DNA of 61,958 bases from a candidate division Zixibacteria bacterium SM23_73_2 (GCA_001304315.1 LJUW01000001.1:1-61958), one strand, 5' to 3'; positions 18,916 through 27,914 are shown, counted from the first letter of the stretch. Numbers and translations: made by a program. Notes: a model not told the origin generated them from the sequence alone.

Positions 18916-19033
18916 AAAAATCCCCTTAATTTGAGTCAAAGAAATCAACCTTTCCCAATCATTATAATTTTCGGAAACCCTGAGTAAAATAATTAATTTA
19001 AAAGTGAGAAAATAGATGTTTTATGGGCTAAAT

Positions 19034-20425
19034 TTAATTTTGAAAAAATGGTTTTAACTTCCCGGAAGCGGGTTTGGGGGTTAAAAGACTTACCGTGATT
19101 AAAAAGCCCACGGACATAAAAAGGGCAGGATAAATCGTGGGAACGTTTTGAGGTTGACCCAGCGCTTCCCAAAGAAGGGTGGTTAACATCCCCGCGCCGA
19201 TAGAGCAAACCCCGCCCCAGGAGGTGGCCCTTTTCCAGAAAAAAGCAGCCAAAACCGCAGGGGTTATTCCCACACCATACATGGTATAGGCATATAATGC
19301 CATCTTCAGAATCGAGCTGAAAAACTGGACCTGGAGATAAGCTAAAATTCCCAAGGCGATAACTACCAGGCGCGAATACAAAACGATCTTTTTCTGGGAG
19401 GCATGGGGATTTAAAAATCTCTGGTATATATCCCGGATGACATTAGTGGAAGGAACCAGCAAAAACGAATCAGCAGTTGAAACGATTATGGCAACTATGG
19501 CAGCCAAAAGCAGGCATCCCAGAAACAAAGGAAGCCCAAACCGGGCTGAATGAAGGATAACCGATTCGGATTTAATATTCAAGAATATCGCCGAACCGAC
19601 AACAGCCAAAACCACAATAGCTGTTTCTAAAATGATCGTTCCCCCTATCCATCCCACCACCGCCTTTTTAGCTGTTTTCTCATCCTTGGCTGAGAAGAAT
19701 CTCTGGTACATATTGGATTCGCCTAAAAGCAAAAGCATTGTGGGAAGCGAGTATCCCAGAGCCTCCCAGATGCTCATAGTACCTAACACCTGGAAACGTT
19801 CCTGGGGTAGATTGGCCACGATATTCCCCCACCCTCCGGCATTGGAAATCAAAAAGGGCAAGGCTAAAAAAATGCCCATGGTCATAACCACTCCATTCAC
19901 CAAGTCGGTGTAGGCTACCGAGATCATCCCTGCCAAAAAAGTGTAGGTGATCACAAAGACTGCGGTAATTATGATTCCATCGGATACCGGAATCCCGGTT
20001 ACCAGATTCAAAACCATTCCTCCGGCTCTGAATTGGTAACTCACGATCGCGGTGTATGCCACTATGGTGGTTATTGCTCCTAAGATCCTCGCATATTTGT
20101 TATACCTTACCTCCAGAATATCCGGAACAGTGTACTGGGCAAAAGCCCTGATCCTTCCAGCGATCAAATACAAAATCACAATTGCGACCCAAACCCCGGC
20201 ATCAAACCAGAGGGCTGAAAAACCTCTCCGGTAAGCAAGACCGGCACCAGCAATGATGCTTCCCGAACCGATCCAGGTTGCCAGAAGGGTTCCCACCAAA
20301 ACGGTCGCAGGAAGTTTTCTTCCGGCAACCATGAAGTCATCCTGGGTTTTGACCAGCTTGCTTCTTTTAGCTCCTACCAGGATCAAAAACAGAAGATAAA
20401 CAAGGATTGCCCAGAAATAAACCAT
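19034..20425 (-). CDS. Sodium:solute symporter (SSS family)
   Basis: DDFMVAGRKL, ATWIGSGSIIAG, AYTD, MYQRFFSAKD, AAIVAIIVSTADS; many TM helices. Confidence 0.92.
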   Translation of the reverse strand: MVYFWAILVYLLFLILVGAKRSKLVKTQDDFMVAGRKLPATVLVGTLLATWIGSGSIIAGAGLAYRRGFSALWFDAGVWVAIVILYLIAGRIRAFAQYTVPDILEVRYNKYARILGAITTIVAYTAIVSYQFRAGGMVLNLVTGIPVSDGIIITAVFVITYTFLAGMISVAYTDLVNGVVMTMGIFLALPFLISNAGGWGNIVANLPQERFQVLGTMSIWEALGYSLPTMLLLLGESNMYQRFFSAKDEKTAKKAVVGWIGGTIILETAIVVLAVVGSAIFLNIKSESVILHSARFGLPLFLGCLLLAAIVAIIVSTADSFLLVPSTNVIRDIYQRFLNPHASQKKIVLYSRLVVIALGILAYLQVQFFSSILKMALYAYTMYGVGITPAVLAAFFWKRATSWGGVCSIGAGMLTTLLWEALGQPQNVPTIYPALFMSVGFLITVSLLTPKPASGKLKPFFQN

Positions 20426-20475
20426 TGAACCTTCAAACTATTAAACTGTTGAACCATTAAACTCTTAAACCAACA
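20420..20475. repeat. Degenerate 8-bp tandem array (7 units) over the symporter start
   Basis: AACCATTG AACCTTCA AACTATTA AACTGTTG AACCATTA AACTCTTA AACCAACA. Confidence 0.75.
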
Positions 20476-20560
20476 AAATAATCTTTACATCAAAACCATA
20501 GAAGCTTCAATCTTTTGTAATTTAAACTACCGTCTCGACCTTCAAACAGCTGAGGATTTT

Positions 20561-23173
20561 TCACTCTTCAACCTTTCCCACCACCACAAGCGTGTATTTG
20601 TCCGGATCCAGATATCTTCTAGCTACCTCACCTGCCCTCTCCTTTGTAACCTGGAGTACTTCCTCTGGATAATCCTCGATAAATCCATACCCTTTTCCAA
20701 CCATCTGGTAAAACGCTAAATATTTCGCAGTACCGGAGTTGGTCTGTTGAGCAAAGGAAATATTTGTTAAAAGGGTCTTTTTGGCGATATCTAAATCGAT
20801 CTCCGAGATTGGATCTTCGATTAATTTTTTGATTTCCCCTAAAATCCCTTGTCGAGCCTCTTCGAAATTCTCAGGTGACACCCCCATCTCGAAGGTAAAA
20901 GGCGAGGATCCCATGGTTGGACGAATATAAGTCCACATCCTGTATGCCATCCCTTCCTGGTAAACGTACTTGAAGAATAACCTGGAGCCTAAAATCCTCT
21001 CAACCAATTTCAAAGGGATGTAATCAGGATGGGTAACCGCAACTCCCATCCTGCCCAAGTTGAAAGTGGCCTGCGTTTTCTTCTCAGTTACAAATTTCAT
21101 TTTCTTTTTCTTCTGCGGGGATTCGTTAATGATCTTTAACTTTAAAGGCTCCCCTTCTGGTAAACTTGAAAATGCCTCTTTTAGATCCTTTTCCATCCTA
21201 TCCAGATCGAAATCCCCAACCACAGATAAAATCACATTTTGTGGAACGTAAACTTTTTTATGAAAAGCTAAAAGATCGTCGCGGGAAATGTTTGATACGG
21301 TGTTGGTCTCACCCAAAATTGGACGAGAATATGGGGATTTCTCGAAAACCTCTTTGGCAAACTCCTTATTGGTCAGATCATAGCTTCTATCAGGAACACT
21401 TTTTATTTTAGTTGTTATATCCTCCCTCACCTTCTCAATTTCCTCCTGAGGAAAGGAAGGGGAGAACATAACCTCGGAGAAAAGTTCAAGACCTTTTTTG
21501 AAGCTCTCCGGCGTAGAAAGCAGTCCCACTTCGGAGTAATCTTCAAAACTTTGCGAGAAAAGTTTGATTCCCAGACTGTCTATGAGTCGGGATAGTATTT
21601 CATTGGTATAATTTGCAGTACCTTTCAGAAGTGCTTTTGAAACGAAAGATGCGATCCCATTTTTCTGTAGCTCCTCTGCCCAGAGCCCGCCTTTAACATA
21701 GCCTTCTAAGGCAATGGTCTTGGATGAATGATCCTCTTTTATAATAATAGTCAATCCGTTATCCAGAACGAACTTCTGGGCTTGGCTTTCCTCTTCTACA
21801 TCTGCGGTTTTTTCAGATATATACGAAGAGGCGATTTCTTTAAAGGATATATCCTCTTTATCCTCGGGCAAAACTAATGCTAAGGTTGCGTTGGTTGGAA
21901 CAATATATTTTGTAACTACTCTTTTTATATCAGATGGAGTGGCATTCGAGATTCTCTCCAGGTAGGATGCCTCCAGCATTATATTGCTGATGGCTCCGTA
22001 ATGACACAGTCTTTGAGCCTGGGATAAGTAGGTCTGGTTGTCGTAATAATAAAAATTCTCTATCTTCTTTTTGGCTTTCTCCAGTTCAGCCTTCGAGACT
22101 TCCTCCTGGCTCAACCTCTTAAGCTCCTCAAAGATTATCTTAACTGCTTCTTTTTCAACTCCGGGATCAAGCTGACATTCCAGAACGAAAAGACCCGGAT
22201 CTTTTCTTTCGATTGCGTAGGAGTCAACCGAGAAAACTAAATTTTTTTCAACCTTCAACCTCTTGTGCAATCTCGAGCTTTTACCGTCAGTCAATATGGT
22301 ACTTACCAGATCCAACACCGGAATATCCCCGGATTTGGCCTCAGGGATGTGATAGCCCAGAAGAAGGTAGGTGGAATGACATTTCATCCTCTGGATTACT
22401 TCCTTGAACTCGTTTTGGGGCGGTTCTGAAATTCCCAGTTCAAAAGAGTCTTTACCCTTGGGGTAAATTCCAAAAGCCTCATTGGCTTTCTCCATCATCC
22501 GGGGAGTATCGAAATCCCCAACCACTGCCATGACAAGCTGGTTGGGCACATAGCGTTCCTCATAAAATGTCTTTAAAAGATCTAAGTCAGCCTTTTTGAC
22601 CACCTCCTTGTACCCAATAACCGGGCGCTTGTAGGGATGAACATCATAAGCGGTCTCCTCCAGAAGGTCCCACACTCTAAAGTCAGGCCTATCCTGGTAC
22701 ATATAAATCTCCTCCAGGATGATCTGGCGCTCGGTCTCGATTCTTTTTTCATCAGGAACCAGGTTCATCACCACATCAGCATATCTCCACAATCCTTCAT
22801 CGAAATTCTCTTTTGGGGTTACTATATAGTAGCAGGTAACGTCATTGCTGGTAAAACCGTAAAAAGTGCCCAGGCTCTGGAAAGATTTTCTGGTTTCAAG
22901 CTCCTCCTGCTTTTCGGTTCCACCTCGAAAGATCAGATGCTCGTAGTAATGGGAAAGCCCTGAAAGCTCAGGGGGCTCGGTTCGGCTGCCACCTTTTACG
23001 TAGATGCACATGGCGATCAAATCCCTGGAATGGTCCTTCTTGGTCAAAACCATCATTCCGTTATCCAGGGTATGTATCTCCACCGGATCACCGGGCAGGG
23101 CATTTGAAACAGAAAAGCTCAAGAAAAAAACAAAAAAGCTTAAGATTATAAGTTTTGAAATTCTGAAAAACAC
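20561..23173 (-). CDS. Secreted M16 (pitrilysin/PqqL-type) zinc peptidase, two halves fused
   Basis: Likely start GTG at 23173 (GAGGAGG RBS, signal peptide). Inverted zinc motif HYYEH in the N-half; the C-half lacks it. Confidence 0.92.
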   Translation of the reverse strand: MFFRISKLIILSFFVFFLSFSVSNALPGDPVEIHTLDNGMMVLTKKDHSRDLIAMCIYVKGGSRTEPPELSGLSHYYEHLIFRGGTEKQEELETRKSFQSLGTFYGFTSNDVTCYYIVTPKENFDEGLWRYADVVMNLVPDEKRIETERQIILEEIYMYQDRPDFRVWDLLEETAYDVHPYKRPVIGYKEVVKKADLDLLKTFYEERYVPNQLVMAVVGDFDTPRMMEKANEAFGIYPKGKDSFELGISEPPQNEFKEVIQRMKCHSTYLLLGYHIPEAKSGDIPVLDLVSTILTDGKSSRLHKRLKVEKNLVFSVDSYAIERKDPGLFVLECQLDPGVEKEAVKIIFEELKRLSQEEVSKAELEKAKKKIENFYYYDNQTYLSQAQRLCHYGAISNIMLEASYLERISNATPSDIKRVVTKYIVPTNATLALVLPEDKEDISFKEIASSYISEKTADVEEESQAQKFVLDNGLTIIIKEDHSSKTIALEGYVKGGLWAEELQKNGIASFVSKALLKGTANYTNEILSRLIDSLGIKLFSQSFEDYSEVGLLSTPESFKKGLELFSEVMFSPSFPQEEIEKVREDITTKIKSVPDRSYDLTNKEFAKEVFEKSPYSRPILGETNTVSNISRDDLLAFHKKVYVPQNVILSVVGDFDLDRMEKDLKEAFSSLPEGEPLKLKIINESPQKKKKMKFVTEKKTQATFNLGRMGVAVTHPDYIPLKLVERILGSRLFFKYVYQEGMAYRMWTYIRPTMGSSPFTFEMGVSPENFEEARQGILGEIKKLIEDPISEIDLDIAKKTLLTNISFAQQTNSGTAKYLAFYQMVGKGYGFIEDYPEEVLQVTKERAGEVARRYLDPDKYTLVVVGKVEE

Positions 23174-23222
23174 AAAACCTCCTCGGTTGGAAATTAAAAT
23201 GCAGTTAACTTTCCAGGCTAAT

Positions 23223-23251
23223 ATTAAACTCAAAATTTTTGGGGGTGTCAA
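23223..23251 (-). promoter_or_regulatory. Putative sigma70 promoter of the M16 gene
   Basis: Minus strand TTGACA-N17-TTTAAT about 50 bp upstream of the start. Confidence 0.5.
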
Positions 23252-23385
23252 GTTATATTTGGAGATCCTTGAAAAAGTGGTGTTATCAAATCATAAACTC
23301 AAACCAGAAAGGTCAAGTACGAAAGAGTAGGTGAGAAAATAAAATCCCGGGCCAACAAAAATCCGGGGTTGGTAAGGGAATCAAA

Positions 23386-24147
23386 TCATCTCAGCAAAAG
23401 CATCTTTTTTGTCTGGGAAAATTCTTCTGTTTTGATTTTATAAAAATAGATTCCGGTGGCAACATCCTCTCCCCTGTGGTCTTTTCCATCCCACAGAACA
23501 GAATGAAAACCAGCCTGTTTCTTTGTATCCACCAAGGTTTTTACTTTCTGACCCAGGATATTATAAACTGATAAGTTAACATGATAATTCTCAGGAAGGG
23601 CATATTGTATATCAGTGTAAGGATTAAAAGGATTGGGATGGTTCTGAAAAAGGATAAATCGGGTTGGTAGATCAGGGTTTTTTTCTTCCTCAACGCTCAC
23701 ATAAACTGGATCGAAATCAAATTCCAGCTCCTCCGCATCCGAGTCGACAATGGAGATGCCTTCCTGATGATGGATAGTGGTGGACTCGAATTCCAAAGAA
23801 TCTTCTCCGCTGAATTTCAATCTCACCAAAGCTCCCTCACCGGAGGGGATATATTCCTCATCCAGAACAATAGCAAATACCATCACCGTTTTCTGGTTGT
23901 TGTCCACTATAACCTCCTTAAGGGTAAGAGAGCTTAATTTTGTATCGACAAAGGAAAAGGAATCACAAAATACATCATCTCCAAAATCTGCGAACTTCAA
24001 AGGTAAGGCAATTGCCCCTAAATCTTTTTGATTATCAAGTTTAAAGGTAATCCAGTCCCCGGACCGGGTTAAGTTTATCTGATTAGACCAGGCTGAAACG
24101 TAAAGAATTAGAATCAATAATATCCCCGAAAATAAAGTCCTTTTCAT
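23386..24147 (-). CDS. Small secreted protein: cohesin-like domain plus FlgD-Ig/T9SS type-A-like C-terminal domain
   Basis: Likely start ATG at 24147 (GGAGG RBS), signal peptide. ITFKLDNQKDLGAIALPLKF...YIPSGEGALVRLKF resembles a cohesin. QNHPNPFNP...YNILGQKV..L...WDGKD..G..VATGIYFYKI...KKMLLLR is the CTD-like tail. Confidence 0.75.
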   Translation of the reverse strand: MKRTLFSGILLILILYVSAWSNQINLTRSGDWITFKLDNQKDLGAIALPLKFADFGDDVFCDSFSFVDTKLSSLTLKEVIVDNNQKTVMVFAIVLDEEYIPSGEGALVRLKFSGEDSLEFESTTIHHQEGISIVDSDAEELEFDFDPVYVSVEEEKNPDLPTRFILFQNHPNPFNPYTDIQYALPENYHVNLSVYNILGQKVKTLVDTKKQAGFHSVLWDGKDHRGEDVATGIYFYKIKTEEFSQTKKMLLLR

Positions 24148-24234
24148 CGCTTTCTCCTCCCTTTTTCGAATATTACTCATAATTTAAACGAAGCAAGAAA
24201 AAATTTGTTTACTTCTCAGAGTCCATTAATGAAA

Positions 24235-24388
24235 TTAAAGGAAACTGTCGAAGTCTCCAAATGTCACCCTGAACGAAGTGAAGGGTCTTTTATTTCGTAG
24301 GAAATTCGAAGAATGCTTCGCAAACGAGATTCTTCTCCCGCCAAAGGCGGTATCAGAATGACACAACGGGGTGGGCAATAGTCCTTAA
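24235..24388. mobile_element. MITE-like palindromic element, copy 2
   Basis: Colinear with the reverse complement of 57997-58155 (CGAAGTCT, AAGTGAAGG.TCTTT, GAGATTCTTCTCCC, GCCAAAGGCGG, TATCAGAATGACA, GCAA.AG). Confidence 0.75.
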
Positions 24389-24484
24389 ATATCTGTGATA
24401 AAAGACTAAGCGAAATCAATGATTATCCTTAAGATATAATGTTTTAAACTATTTTAACCGATTAAAAAGAAAAACAAAAAAACA

Positions 24485-24513
24485 TTGACAAAGCTTTTTT
24501 GCGTATATATATT
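24485..24513 (+). promoter_or_regulatory. Sigma70 promoter of the tRNA cluster
   Basis: TTGACA (24485-24490), 17-bp spacer, TATATT (24508-24513), 20 bp before tRNA-Gly. Confidence 0.8.
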
Positions 24514-24532
24514 TTGAATGAGGAAAAGTAAA

Positions 24533-24606
24533 GCGGGAATAGCTCAGCTGGCTAGAGCATCACCTTGCCAAGGTGAATGTCGCGGGTTCGAATCCCGTTT
24601 CCCGCT
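24533..24606 (+). tRNA. tRNA-Gly(GCC)
   Basis: GCGGGAA/TTCCCGC acceptor stem, D-arm AGCTCAGCTGGCTAGAGC, anticodon arm CACCT-TGCCA-AGGTG, GGTTCGAATCC T-arm. CCA not encoded. Confidence 0.97.
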
Positions 24607-24725
24607 CAAATTTTTGTCCGGGGGACAAAAATTCGTTAATGGTTGATCGTTAATAGTTATCAGTGTTTTACCATAAACTATCTACTATAAACCAAAAACT
24701 GTCCCCCGCTTATGGCGGGGGACAT

Positions 24726-24797
24726 GGCGGCTTAGCCAAGTGGTAAGGCGGAGGTCTGCAAAACCTCTATACTCCGGTTCGAACCCGGAAGCCGCCT
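24726..24797 (+). tRNA. tRNA-Cys(GCA)
   Basis: GGCGGCT/AGCCGCC acceptor stem, GAGGT-CTGCAAA-ACCTC anticodon arm, CCGGTTCGAACCCGG T-arm. Confidence 0.97.
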
Positions 24798-24850
24798 TTT
24801 TTTAATAGCTGTTAGTTTTTAGTTAATATTTTCAGCAAAAGAATAAAAGG

Positions 24851-25585
24851 ATGCCACCAAAAAAGGATTTTGCTAAAGCTCTTCATCAAAAGATAAAGAG
24901 ATTTTTGATTGAAAACTCCGATCCGAAAATAATCAAAAAATACGCTCGTTATTTCAAGGAAGGATACGACGCTTACGGAATTGATCCCAAGAGCTTTCAT
25001 AAGAAAAGAGATGGTTGGTTTGAGCTCTGCCAAAAAAATCTTTCCACAAAAGAAATAATTGCCTTTTGCGAGGAGCTTGTCAAATCGAAAAAATACGAGG
25101 AAAAATCAATTGCCATAGATTTCATCATCAGATTAAAAGAAGACTATAATAAAGCCCTGTTCAATAAAATGGGAAAATGGTTTGAAAAATATGTGGATAA
25201 CTGGGCTCATAGTGATTGGGCTTGCAGTGATGTCCTTTACCATTTCATCGCAAAAAAAATTATAACTTCAAAAGAGCTTCTGCAATGGACCAAATCCCCC
25301 TCCAGATGGAAAAGGAGAGCAGCTGCTGTGACCATGGTGAAATTAGTATCCAAGCATGGTAAAATAAAAGAAAGCTTGAGTGTGGCAAAAAAGCTCATCC
25401 TCGATCCCGAAAGGGTTGTGCATCAGGGAGTGGGCTGGCTTTTGAGGGAGACCTGGAAAAAAGCTCCAAAAGAGATTGAGGATTTTTTATACCAATGGAA
25501 AGAAAAAGCACCCCGTCTTATAATACAGTATGCAACAGAGAAGATACCCAAGGAGAAAAGGAAAAGATTCAGGCGTTCTAAATAA
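24851..25585 (+). CDS. DNA alkylation repair protein (AlkD-like, HEAT-like repeat glycosylase family)
   Basis: VDNWAHSD, WTKSPSRWKRRAAAV, DPERVVHQGVGWLLRE, YATEK. Confidence 0.88.
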   Translation: MPPKKDFAKALHQKIKRFLIENSDPKIIKKYARYFKEGYDAYGIDPKSFHKKRDGWFELCQKNLSTKEIIAFCEELVKSKKYEEKSIAIDFIIRLKEDYNKALFNKMGKWFEKYVDNWAHSDWACSDVLYHFIAKKIITSKELLQWTKSPSRWKRRAAAVTMVKLVSKHGKIKESLSVAKKLILDPERVVHQGVGWLLRETWKKAPKEIEDFLYQWKEKAPRLIIQYATEKIPKEKRKRFRRSK

Positions 25586-25651
25586 ATTGGGCGGTGCGGG
25601 GTGGACTTTAAACTTTAGACTTTAAACTAAAAACTGCCCCTTTGGGCATAT

Positions 25652-25737
25652 GCCGGAGTGGCGGAACAGGCAGACGCAAGGGACTTAAAATCCCTCGGAT
25701 ATTTATATCCGTCCCGGTTCGATTCCGGGCTCCGGCA
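25652..25737 (+). tRNA. tRNA-Leu(TAA)
   Basis: GCCGGAG/CTCCGGC acceptor stem, AGGGA-CTTAAAA-TCCCT anticodon arm, long variable arm, GGTTCGATTCC T-arm. Confidence 0.97.
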
Positions 25738-25760
25738 TAGTTAGTTAATAAGGATGTTTT

Positions 25761-26705
25761 ATGAGGTCTCGACTTCTTCTCAACCACCTTTTGATAGTTG
25801 CTTTCCTGATTCCATTTGCTATAATACTTATAATTACATCCTGTGAGGGAGAAGAAAAAATTAAGATGAAGGATTTAGTACCAACAGAAATTCAAGGGTG
25901 GAAACAGCAAAGTAAGGTTGAGATTTATGACCGTGAGACGATCTTCGATTACATCAACGGAGCTGGTGAGGTCTATTTATCATATGACTTCCAGAAGCTC
26001 TGGGTATTCCGCCTGGTCAAATCTGAGAAACCAAATATCGTCGTTGAGATATTTGATATGGGTTTACCAGAGGATGCCTTCGGTGTATTCAGCCATGCAC
26101 GCGAATCAGAAGAGATCGGGATTGGCCAGGGCTCAGAACAGAGAGGTGGTCTTCTGTGCTTCTGGAAAGGTAACTTATTTGTTTGCATTTTCTCTGAGGG
26201 ACAGTCATCAGAAACGAAAAAAGCAGTGCTTGATCTTGCTAGAAAAATCGAGCAAAGAATCAAAGTCACAGGCGAAAAACCAAAGCTTTTAGCCTGTTTA
26301 CCAGATGAGGATTTACAACAGCAAAGCGTTCGCTATTTCCATCTACACACCTCCCTGAACTATCATTATTACTTAGCTTCTGAAAACATACTGAATCTCA
26401 ACCCACGAACCGAAGCAGTGCTTGGCAGATACAAACTCAATCAGACCTATCTCCTCTTAGTTCATTATCCAGACCAAAACGATGCAGACAAAGCTTATAG
26501 TAATTTCCTTAATTCATATATTCCCGAAGCTAAAGATAAAGGAGTCGCTCAAATAGAAAAAGGCAAATGGGTGAAAGCTGAAAAAGAAGGTGAATTCGTC
26601 ATAGTAGTCTTTGATGCTCCCACTGAAGCTTATGCCCAAGCTTTAATTCAAGCTGTCAGAGATAAAATATTGAAATTATCCTCAGAAGAGGTGAAAAACA
26701 AATGA
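25761..26705 (+). CDS. Lipoprotein, DUF6599-like
   Basis: Lipobox ITSC; YDRETIFDYINGAGEVYLSYDF and VEIFDMG...AFGVFS motifs; ATGA overlap with the next gene. Confidence 0.75.
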   Translation: MRSRLLLNHLLIVAFLIPFAIILIITSCEGEEKIKMKDLVPTEIQGWKQQSKVEIYDRETIFDYINGAGEVYLSYDFQKLWVFRLVKSEKPNIVVEIFDMGLPEDAFGVFSHARESEEIGIGQGSEQRGGLLCFWKGNLFVCIFSEGQSSETKKAVLDLARKIEQRIKVTGEKPKLLACLPDEDLQQQSVRYFHLHTSLNYHYYLASENILNLNPRTEAVLGRYKLNQTYLLLVHYPDQNDADKAYSNFLNSYIPEAKDKGVAQIEKGKWVKAEKEGEFVIVVFDAPTEAYAQALIQAVRDKILKLSSEEVKNK

Positions 26706-27601
26706 GTGATTCTCAGAAAAATATTACCCGAAGGGACTTCATTCGCCAGGCTTCCTATGCTACCTTAGCAGTAACCCTGGGTTTATCCGCAGAGGGTTCG
26801 GAGAAGATCGAAGTCCCAAAAAAAACAAAAGTGGTTCTAATTAGAGACCCAAAAGTATTAGACAAAAAGGGAATGGTCAATCCCAAAGTGATCCAGAAAA
26901 TGCTGGATCAAGCCACCTGTTCCCTTTTTGAAAAAGAAGATCCTGTCCAGGCTTGGAAGCTTCTGATAAAACCAAAAGATGTGGTTGGAATAAAAAGCAA
27001 TGTCTGGGGTCCGCTTCCAACTCCCAAAGAGTTGGAACAGGCTATCAAAAAACGTATGATGGACGCAGGTGTCCTTGAAAAGAATATCGGAATTGACGAC
27101 CGCGGAGTATTACGCAACAAGATTTTTCTTAACTCAACTGCTCTGGTTAATGTTCGTCCGCTAAGAACTCACCACTGGTCAGGCGTAGGAGGATGTACCA
27201 AAAACCACATAATGTTCTCCCCCCATCCTCCAAAATACCATCCTAACTCCTGTGAGGATCTGGCAACAGTATGGGATTTGCCAATAGTAAAAGGCAAGAC
27301 CAGATTGAATATCTTAGTCTTACTCACACCACTTTTTCACGGAATCGGTCCGCACCATTTCGATTCGACCTATATGTGGGATTATAAAGGCATGTTAGTT
27401 GGAACCGACCCGGTTGCACTGGACGCAGTGGGCGTACGTATCTTCCAGGCAAAACGCCTCGCCTTTTTCGGCGAGGATCGTCCTTTAAAACCTCCCCCTC
27501 ATCACATCGTTTTCGCTGACACCAAGCACAAGCTGGGCACCAGTGATATGAAAAAAATTGAGCTGATTAAGTTAGGGTGGAAAGAAGATATACTGATATA
27601 A
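26702..27601 (+). CDS. DUF362 domain-containing protein with twin-arginine signal
   Basis: TRRDFIR Tat motif plus h-region; VGIKSN, LVNVRPLRTHHWSGVGGCTKN, GTDPVALD. Confidence 0.85.
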   Translation: MSDSQKNITRRDFIRQASYATLAVTLGLSAEGSEKIEVPKKTKVVLIRDPKVLDKKGMVNPKVIQKMLDQATCSLFEKEDPVQAWKLLIKPKDVVGIKSNVWGPLPTPKELEQAIKKRMMDAGVLEKNIGIDDRGVLRNKIFLNSTALVNVRPLRTHHWSGVGGCTKNHIMFSPHPPKYHPNSCEDLATVWDLPIVKGKTRLNILVLLTPLFHGIGPHHFDSTYMWDYKGMLVGTDPVALDAVGVRIFQAKRLAFFGEDRPLKPPPHHIVFADTKHKLGTSDMKKIELIKLGWKEDILI

Positions 27602-27654
27602 TTTTACTCCCGGAAAAATCGTAATTACACCTTACCTCAATAGTAAATAGTAAC

Positions 27655-27914
27655 CCCACCTTGCCTCAAGGTGGAATTTGAATTTTCAACAGTGGAGTCT
27701 GGAGTAACTTCACTAAGCTTTTTTCTGTCGGGAGGTAACTCCCGACAGCACAAATAGTGGCGTCAGGAGTCACCTCCTGACGCTAAAACTTTTTTAGCCA
27801 GTTTCTATGGATTGTTTCTTTAACTGTGAACTTTGTGTTATTAATTTAGCAGAGGGATAAACCCTCTGCTACGCGCAGAGGCTTGCCCGTCTCGGGAGCC
27901 TTTATGGCTCCGAT
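27655..27914. repeat. Cluster of at least five REP-like hairpins
   Basis: CCACCTTG-cct-CAAGGTGG; CTGTCGGGAG-gtaa-CTCCCGACAG; GCGTCAGGAG-tcac-CTCCTGACGC; TAGCAGAGGG-ataaa-CCCTCTGCTAC (GTAG on minus strand); GGAGCC-tttat-GGCTCC. Confidence 0.8.

Noticed and set aside
27655-27914. Integron attC sites
   Set aside because: The hairpins are short, near-perfect palindromes without the RYYYAAC...GTTRRRY boxes, and there is no integron integrase or cassette array.
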